From positions 1 to 12,231 of the forward strand of contig JAVKIH010000042.1 of assembly GCA_031459625.1 (NCBI GenBank): a stretch of 12,231 bases of DNA, given 5' to 3'. Position 1 is the stretch's first letter. Every line of letters begins with the position of its first letter. The position numbers and the translations under genes are program-made. The stretch comes from Candidatus Geohabitans tengchongensis (lineage in GTDB: Bacteria > Sysuimicrobiota > Sysuimicrobiia > Sysuimicrobiales > Humicultoraceae). Positions 7,275 through 12,231 of this stretch are shown in pieces. The notes below the pieces were generated by a model. That model was not told the origin of the DNA and made no database searches. It worked only from the letters and a program-made list of their open reading frames with translations.

Positions 7275-7891
7275 TGCGCCACCGCCTGCGCACCTACCTG
7301 ATCGCCGGCCTGCTGGTCGTCCTGCCACTGGCGGTCACCTTCCTGGTCCTGCGCTGGCTCTTCACCACGCTGGACAGCGTCCTGCTGCCGCTCTTCCGGC
7401 GGCTGGGGTGGAACGTCCCGGGGCTCGGGCTCATCGCCGGGGTCGCGCTGATCCTGCTGGTGGGGGCGGTGGCCAGCAACATGCTGGGGCGGCGGGTCAT
7501 CGCCTGGATCGAGGGACTGGTGTTGCGCCTGCCGCTGGCCCGGACGATCTACTCCTCCATCCGCGACCTGAGCAGCTCGATCCTGGGGGACCGCCGGGCG
7601 GCCTTCCAGCAGGTCGTCCTCATCGAGTGGCCGCGCCGGGGGACCTATGCGCTCGGTTTCATCACAGGGCGGCATGCGGGTCCGGGGGGCGAGGCGGTGC
7701 ACGTCTTCGTCCCCGGCACTCCCAACCCCACCGCCGGGTTCGTGGTCATCACCCGGCCCGACGAAGCGGTCCCGGTGGCCCTCACCGTCGAGGAGGCGCT
7801 GCGCTTCATCATCTCCGGCGGCATGTCCCGTCCGCCGGAGGCGCTCGTCGCCGCCATCGGCCAGCGACGACGGGAGGAGGTGGCCTCGTGA
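7274..7891 (+). CDS. DUF502 family membrane protein, about 205 aa
   Basis: YLIAGLLVVLPLAVT, LPLARTIYSSI, VFVPGTPNPTAGF and FIISGG motifs. GTG 7274 overlaps the upstream TAG; the ORF-track start at 6239 is overextended. Confidence 0.9.
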   Translation: MRHRLRTYLIAGLLVVLPLAVTFLVLRWLFTTLDSVLLPLFRRLGWNVPGLGLIAGVALILLVGAVASNMLGRRVIAWIEGLVLRLPLARTIYSSIRDLSSSILGDRRAAFQQVVLIEWPRRGTYALGFITGRHAGPGGEAVHVFVPGTPNPTAGFVVITRPDEAVPVALTVEEALRFIISGGMSRPPEALVAAIGQRRREEVAS

Positions 7892-8421
7892 CACCCCGGG
7901 GCGCCGCCGCGGCCCGCGCGACGGCGGTCCGGCCGGTGCGGGGGGCCGGCGCCACCCCCGCAGCCCTGGTGGCCGCGGCGCGCGCATCCCGCCGCCGGGC
8001 GTACGCGCCCTACTCCGGCTACCGCGTGGGGGCCGCCGTGCTGACCGCCGACGGGGCGGTCTTTACCGGGGCCAACGTGGAGAACGCGTCGTACGGGCTC
8101 TCGCTGTGCGCCGAGCGTGCGGCCATCATCACGGCCGTGGCGGCCGGGCACCGCCGCCTGCGCGCCGTGGCCGTGGCCGTGGGCGGGCCCGAGGCCGCCC
8201 CCTGCGGGGCCTGCCGCCAGGTGATGGCGGAGTTTGGGGTGACGGAGGTCTACCTGGCCGGTCGGGGCGGGCGGGTGCAGGTGCGCCGGCTCGCGGACCT
8301 CCTGCCGGGTGCGTTCACCCGCGCCGCGCTGGCGGCCGCCCGGCCCCGGGCCCGCGACCGCGGTACCCGCACCCCGGCTCATGCCGGACGGACCCCGCGC
8401 CGCGCCCGCCCCCGTCGCTGA
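7888..8421 (+). CDS. cdd: Cytidine deaminase (homotetrameric type), about 177 aa
   Basis: AYAPYS..VGAA, GANVENASYGLSLCAER and PCGACRQ motifs. Strong SD GGAGGAGG before GTG 7888 (GTGA overlap). Confidence 0.95.
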   Translation: MTPRGAAAARATAVRPVRGAGATPAALVAAARASRRRAYAPYSGYRVGAAVLTADGAVFTGANVENASYGLSLCAERAAIITAVAAGHRRLRAVAVAVGGPEAAPCGACRQVMAEFGVTEVYLAGRGGRVQVRRLADLLPGAFTRAALAAARPRARDRGTRTPAHAGRTPRRARPRR

Positions 8422-9313
8422 CGGGGCGCCGCCGGTGCACCGGTCCGGGTTCGTCGCCCTGGCCGGCCGCCCCAACGTCGGGAAGTCCACCCTGCTCAAC
8501 CAGCTGCTGGGGACGAAGGTGGCCATCACCGCCCCCGTGCCGCAGACCACCCGCACCGTCCTGCGCGGCATCCTGCACCGTCCCGACGCCCAGGTGGTCT
8601 TCATCGACACGCCCGGCCTGCACCGGCCGCGCCACCAGCTCGGGGCCATCATGGTGGAGGTGGCCCGGCGGGCCCTGCACGACGCCGACGTGGTGGCGTG
8701 GGTGGTGGACGCCTCCGCCCCGCTCACCGAGGAGGACCGCACCGTAGCCGCGGCGCTGCGCGGCGTCCGCGCGCCGGTGGTGCTGGCGGTGAACAAGGTG
8801 GACCGCTCGGGGGCCGATCCCGGGCGTGCCGAGGCGGAGGCCCGGACGCTGGTGCCGCTGGCGGCAGCCTACCGCCTCTCCGCGGTGACGGGGGAGGGGG
8901 TGGAGGCCTTCCTCCAGGGGCTGATCGCCCACCTCCCCGAAGGGCCCGCCTACTACCCGGAGGAGATGCTCACCGACCAGCCGGAGCAGTTCCTGGTGCG
9001 GGAGCTCATCCGCGAGCAGGTGATCCACCACACCCGGGAAGAGGTCCCGCACGCGGTGGCGGTGGAGGTCGAGGAGTTCGCCGAGCGGCCCGACGGCACC
9101 CTCTACGTGCGCGCCACCATCCACGTGGAGCGCCCCTCCCAGAAGAAGATCCTCATCGGGCGCGGCGGGGCGATGCTGCGGGCCATCGGCACGGCCGCGC
9201 GCCGCGAGGTGGAGGCGCTGCTGGGCCGCCGCTGCTACCTGGACCTCTGGGTGACGGTCACGCCCGACTGGCGCGAGAAGCCCGCCCTCATCCGCGCCTT
9301 CTACCCCGAGTAG
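8381..9313 (+). CDS. era: GTPase Era, about 310 aa (alternative start GTG 8435)
   Basis: G1 GRPNVGKS, PQTTR, DTPG, NKVD; KH region REEVPH and SQKKILIGRGG; follows cdd. Confidence 0.96.
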   Translation: MPDGPRAAPAPVADGAPPVHRSGFVALAGRPNVGKSTLLNQLLGTKVAITAPVPQTTRTVLRGILHRPDAQVVFIDTPGLHRPRHQLGAIMVEVARRALHDADVVAWVVDASAPLTEEDRTVAAALRGVRAPVVLAVNKVDRSGADPGRAEAEARTLVPLAAAYRLSAVTGEGVEAFLQGLIAHLPEGPAYYPEEMLTDQPEQFLVRELIREQVIHHTREEVPHAVAVEVEEFAERPDGTLYVRATIHVERPSQKKILIGRGGAMLRAIGTAARREVEALLGRRCYLDLWVTVTPDWREKPALIRAFYPE

Positions 9314-9334
9314 CCGGGCGGCGCCCGAGTAGCC
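9305..9334 (+). repeat. 11-bp direct repeat duplicating the era stop region
   Basis: CCCGAGTAGCC at 9305-9315 and 9324-9334. Confidence 0.7.
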
Positions 9335-9404
9335 AGGGGGCGCCGGCCGCGAGCTCCCGCGGCCTTGTCGGGCCTCCCGCCCGACGGCAGCATGGAGGGA
9401 GGCG

Positions 9405-9437
9405 GTGGGGCCTCCCCGCCGCCCGCCCGAGCCATGA
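9405..9437 (+). CDS. Candidate proline-rich leader peptide (MGPPRRPPEP) upstream of mgtE
   Basis: GGAGG at 9394-9398, GTG 9405, codons GGG CCT CCC CGC CGC CCG CCC GAG CCA TGA. The stop overlaps mgtE ATG 9434 (ATGA). Confidence 0.35.
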   Translation: MGPPRRPPEP

Positions 9438-10777
9438 TCACCGACCCCTTCGTCCGCGAGGCCGCCGCCGCGCTGGAGTCGCGCACCGTCGGGCGCCTCC
9501 ACACCCTGATCGAGGGCCTCCATCCGGCTGACCTGGCCGAGCTGCTGCGCCGCCTCGCGGAACCGCACCGCCTCGCCCTCCTCCTCCTGCTCGACGAGGA
9601 GCGCGCCGCCGCCGTCCTGGAGGAACTGGAGCCGGACGAGCAGGTGGGCCTCGTGCGCGCGCTCACCGACGAGCAGGTCTCCGGGCTGCTCGAGGAGATG
9701 GCCACCGACGAGGTGGTGGACCTGCTGGGGGAGCTGCCGGCCGAGCGCGTCGGCCGGTTGCTGCGCCTCATGGGGGCCGAGGAGGCGGAGCGCATCCGCC
9801 AGCTGTTGCGCTTCCCCGAGGGGAGCGCCGGGGCGCTCATGACCACCGACCTGGTCACCGTCCCCGCCGACCTCACGGTGGGGCAGGCCATCGCCGAGGT
9901 GCGCCGGCGCGGGCGGGAGGCGGAGCTGCTCTACTACGTCTACGTTACCGAGGGCGCGCGGCTGGTGGGCGTGGTCACCCTGCGCCAGCTCATCGTCGCC
10001 CCGCCGGACGCCCCCCTGCGCGAGGTGATGACCACGGGACTGGTGACGACCAGCCCCTGGGCCGACCGCGAGCAGGTGGCGCACCTGATCGAGAAGTACG
10101 ACCTGCTGGCCGTGCCGGTGGTGGACGGGGCCGGGCGGCTGCTCGGCATCGTCACCGCCGACGACATCCTGGAGGTCGTGGAGGAGGAGGCCAGCGAGGA
10201 GGTCTTCACCCTCACCGGCCCGGTGGCCGAGGAGACGCTGCAGCTGGACGGCTTCCCCTGGTCGGCGGCGCGGCGGCGGACCTTCTGGATGGTGGTGAAC
10301 TTCGGCACGGCGCTGCTGGCGGCGGCGGTGGTCGGGCTCTTCACCCCGGTGATCGAGACCTTCCTGGTGCTGGTCTTCTTCATGCCGCTGATGATGGCCA
10401 CCGCCGGCAACGTGGCCACGCAGTCCCTCGCCCTCACCGTGCGCGGGCTGGCCGGTCCGCGCCCGCCGCGCCTGGGGACGGCCCTGCGCCGCGAGGCCAC
10501 GACCGGGCTGCGCCTGGGGTTGGGGGTGGGGGCGCTGCTGGGGGGCGTGGGGGTGGCCTGGCAGCACGACCCCTGGCTCGGCCTGGTCCTCCTCCTGGCC
10601 ATGCTGGTCACGCTGACCGTGGCGGCCGCCGCCGGGGTCCTCGTCCCCGTGGCGCTGCGCCGGGCCCGGGTCGACCCCGCGATCGCGGCCGGGCCGATCG
10701 TCACCACTGTCACCGACCTGGCCAGCGTCACGCTCTACTTCTCCCTGGCCGCAGTCCTGCTGCGGTTGCGCCCATGA
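9434..10777 (+). CDS. mgtE: Magnesium transporter MgtE (copy 1), about 447 aa; alternative start ATG 9392
   Basis: LHPADLAE N-domain, SAGALMT, YYVYV, KYDLLAVPVVD..GIVTADD CBS pair, AGNVATQS and DPAIAAGPIVTTVTD TM motifs. Confidence 0.93.
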   Translation: MITDPFVREAAAALESRTVGRLHTLIEGLHPADLAELLRRLAEPHRLALLLLLDEERAAAVLEELEPDEQVGLVRALTDEQVSGLLEEMATDEVVDLLGELPAERVGRLLRLMGAEEAERIRQLLRFPEGSAGALMTTDLVTVPADLTVGQAIAEVRRRGREAELLYYVYVTEGARLVGVVTLRQLIVAPPDAPLREVMTTGLVTTSPWADREQVAHLIEKYDLLAVPVVDGAGRLLGIVTADDILEVVEEEASEEVFTLTGPVAEETLQLDGFPWSAARRRTFWMVVNFGTALLAAAVVGLFTPVIETFLVLVFFMPLMMATAGNVATQSLALTVRGLAGPRPPRLGTALRREATTGLRLGLGVGALLGGVGVAWQHDPWLGLVLLLAMLVTLTVAAAAGVLVPVALRRARVDPAIAAGPIVTTVTDLASVTLYFSLAAVLLRLRP

Positions 10778-12102
10778 CCACGCTCGAGCCCCGCCTTCAG
10801 GCGCTGCGCGACCGGACCCTGCGGCTCCACCCCGCGGACGCGGCGGAGCTCCTGCGGGACCTCCCCGACCAGGACCTGGCCCAGGTCCTCGCCTCCCTTC
10901 CCCCGCCGCAGGCTGGGCTGGTCCTGGAGGCGCTGGGACCGGAGCGGGTGGAACCGGTCCTCCCGCTGCTGGGTGTGGAGCGCGCCTCCGACCTCCTGGA
11001 GGAGATGTCCAGCGACGAGGCCGCCGACCTCCTGAGCGAGCTCGGCCCCGAGGCGGCCGGGCGATTGCTGGCCACGATGGCCCCTCCGGAGGCCGGGCGC
11101 GTCCTCCCGCTCCTCCCCTACCGGGAGGGGACGGCGGGGGCCCTCATGGCCACCGAGGTGGTCACCCTGCCGCAGGGGATCACCGCCGGCGAGGCCCTGG
11201 AGGTGCTGCGCCGGCGCGCCCCCGACGCCGAGACCATCTACTACGTCTACGTGGTGGACGCGCAGGGGCGGCTGGTCGGCGTCCTCTCGCTGCGCGACCT
11301 CATCCTGGCCGACCCCGACCGGGCCATCGACGAGATCACCAACGACCGCGTCATCGCCGTGCGCGCCGACGAGGACCAGGAGGCGGTGGCGCGCCTCTTC
11401 GACCGGTACGGGCTGCTGGCGCTGCCCGTGGTGGACGGTGAGCGCCGGCTGCTGGGCGTCGTCACCCTGGACGACGTGCTGGACGTCCTCGAGGAGGAGG
11501 CCGAGGAGGACATCCTCAAGCTCTCCGGCGTGGGCGAGGACGCGGCCCGGGTGGAGGGGGAGGAGCTCCGCACCGACCGCATGGCGCTGTTGCGCCTGCC
11601 CTGGCTGCTGCTGGCGGTGTTGATCGAGCTGGTCGGGGCGCGGGTCATCGAAGGGTTCGCCGGCGCGCTGCGCACGCTCGTGGCCATCGCCTACTTCATC
11701 CCCGTGCTCAACAGCATGGCCGGGAACCTGGGCATCCAGACGGTGGCCCTGGTGGTGCGCGGGTACGCCCGCGGGGAGATCGCCCCGGAGCGGTTGCCGG
11801 CGCTCCTCCTGCGGGAGGTGGCCGTGGCGGCGGTGATCGCCGCGGCCAGCGCCGCCCTGGTGGCCGGCGTGGCCCTGGGGTGGCAGGGCGTCCCCACGCT
11901 GGCGCTGATCACCGGGATCGCCATGGCGGTCGCCCTGCTCATCGCCGCCGCCGCCGGGATGACCATCCCCTTGCTGCTCATCCGCGCCGGCCGCGACCCC
12001 GCGGTGGCCTCGGGGCCGCTGGTGACCTCGCTGCTCGACCTCAGCACGGTCACGGTGTACCTGACCGTGGCCGCGCTGGTCTTGAGCCGCGCCGGCGAGT
12101 AG
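10774..12102 (+). CDS. mgtE: Magnesium transporter MgtE (copy 2), 442 aa
   Basis: LHPADAAE, TAGALMATE, ETIYYVYVVD, RLPWL, AGNLGIQT and DPAVASGPLVTSLLD motifs; ATGA overlap with copy 1. Confidence 0.95.
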   Translation: MTTLEPRLQALRDRTLRLHPADAAELLRDLPDQDLAQVLASLPPPQAGLVLEALGPERVEPVLPLLGVERASDLLEEMSSDEAADLLSELGPEAAGRLLATMAPPEAGRVLPLLPYREGTAGALMATEVVTLPQGITAGEALEVLRRRAPDAETIYYVYVVDAQGRLVGVLSLRDLILADPDRAIDEITNDRVIAVRADEDQEAVARLFDRYGLLALPVVDGERRLLGVVTLDDVLDVLEEEAEEDILKLSGVGEDAARVEGEELRTDRMALLRLPWLLLAVLIELVGARVIEGFAGALRTLVAIAYFIPVLNSMAGNLGIQTVALVVRGYARGEIAPERLPALLLREVAVAAVIAAASAALVAGVALGWQGVPTLALITGIAMAVALLIAAAAGMTIPLLLIRAGRDPAVASGPLVTSLLDLSTVTVYLTVAALVLSRAGE

Positions 12103-12110
12103 GTCCGGCC

Positions 12111-12231
12111 ATGGGCGTCTACAAGGCGGAAGGGGTGGTCCTGCGGCGGCGGGCGCTGGGGGAGGCCGACCGCGTCATCACCTTCTACACGCGCGAGCAC
12201 GGCAAGGTGGACGCGGCGGCGCGGGGCGTCC
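12111..12231 (+). CDS. recO: DNA repair protein RecO, 5' part (truncated by window edge)
   Basis: Manual translation MGVYKAEGVVLRRRALGEADRVITFYTREHGKVDAAARGV is a typical RecO N-terminal OB fold; era-recO synteny. Confidence 0.93.
   Translation, partial: MGVYKAEGVVLRRRALGEADRVITFYTREHGKVDAAARGV

Noticed and set aside
5985..7328. 447-aa minus-strand ORF
   Set aside because: Antisense shadow of the CNNM gene.
9305..9433. yybP-ykoY or M-box riboswitch (GAGTAGC motif upstream of metal transporters)
   Set aside because: The GAGTAGC derives from the era stop codon and its duplicate. I could not find the other conserved elements of either riboswitch. An Rfam scan would settle it.
8315..10567. 750-aa minus-strand ORF
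   Set aside because: Antisense shadow spanning era and mgtE, which share a frame; no domain features.

Overview
Very GC-rich bacterial DNA carrying a + strand, translationally coupled housekeeping cluster: pgpH-like 7TM-HD phosphodiesterase, ybeY, dgkA, TAXI-type TRAP fused permease, DUF1850, CNNM/CorB-type CBS transporter, DUF502, cdd, era, two tandem mgtE paralogs and the 5' part of recO. This is the conserved (phoH)-pgpH-ybeY-dgkA-cdd-era-recO neighbourhood, expanded with a TRAP module and Mg2+ transporters. The left edge holds the 5' end of a divergently oriented transposase with 21-bp subterminal direct repeats. The most interesting unannotated signal is a candidate SD-led, proline-rich 10-codon leader ORF (MGPPRRPPEP) inside a switchable hairpin region, whose stop overlaps the mgtE start; it resembles MgtL/MgtP-type Mg2+ leaders. 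Other signals are a coupled mgtE pair, a 26-bp duplication that creates an 8-codon bridging ORF, unusual Asp residues in conserved TRAP motifs and a promoter-plus-hairpin leader before the CNNM gene. All family calls come from motif recognition; no searches were run.
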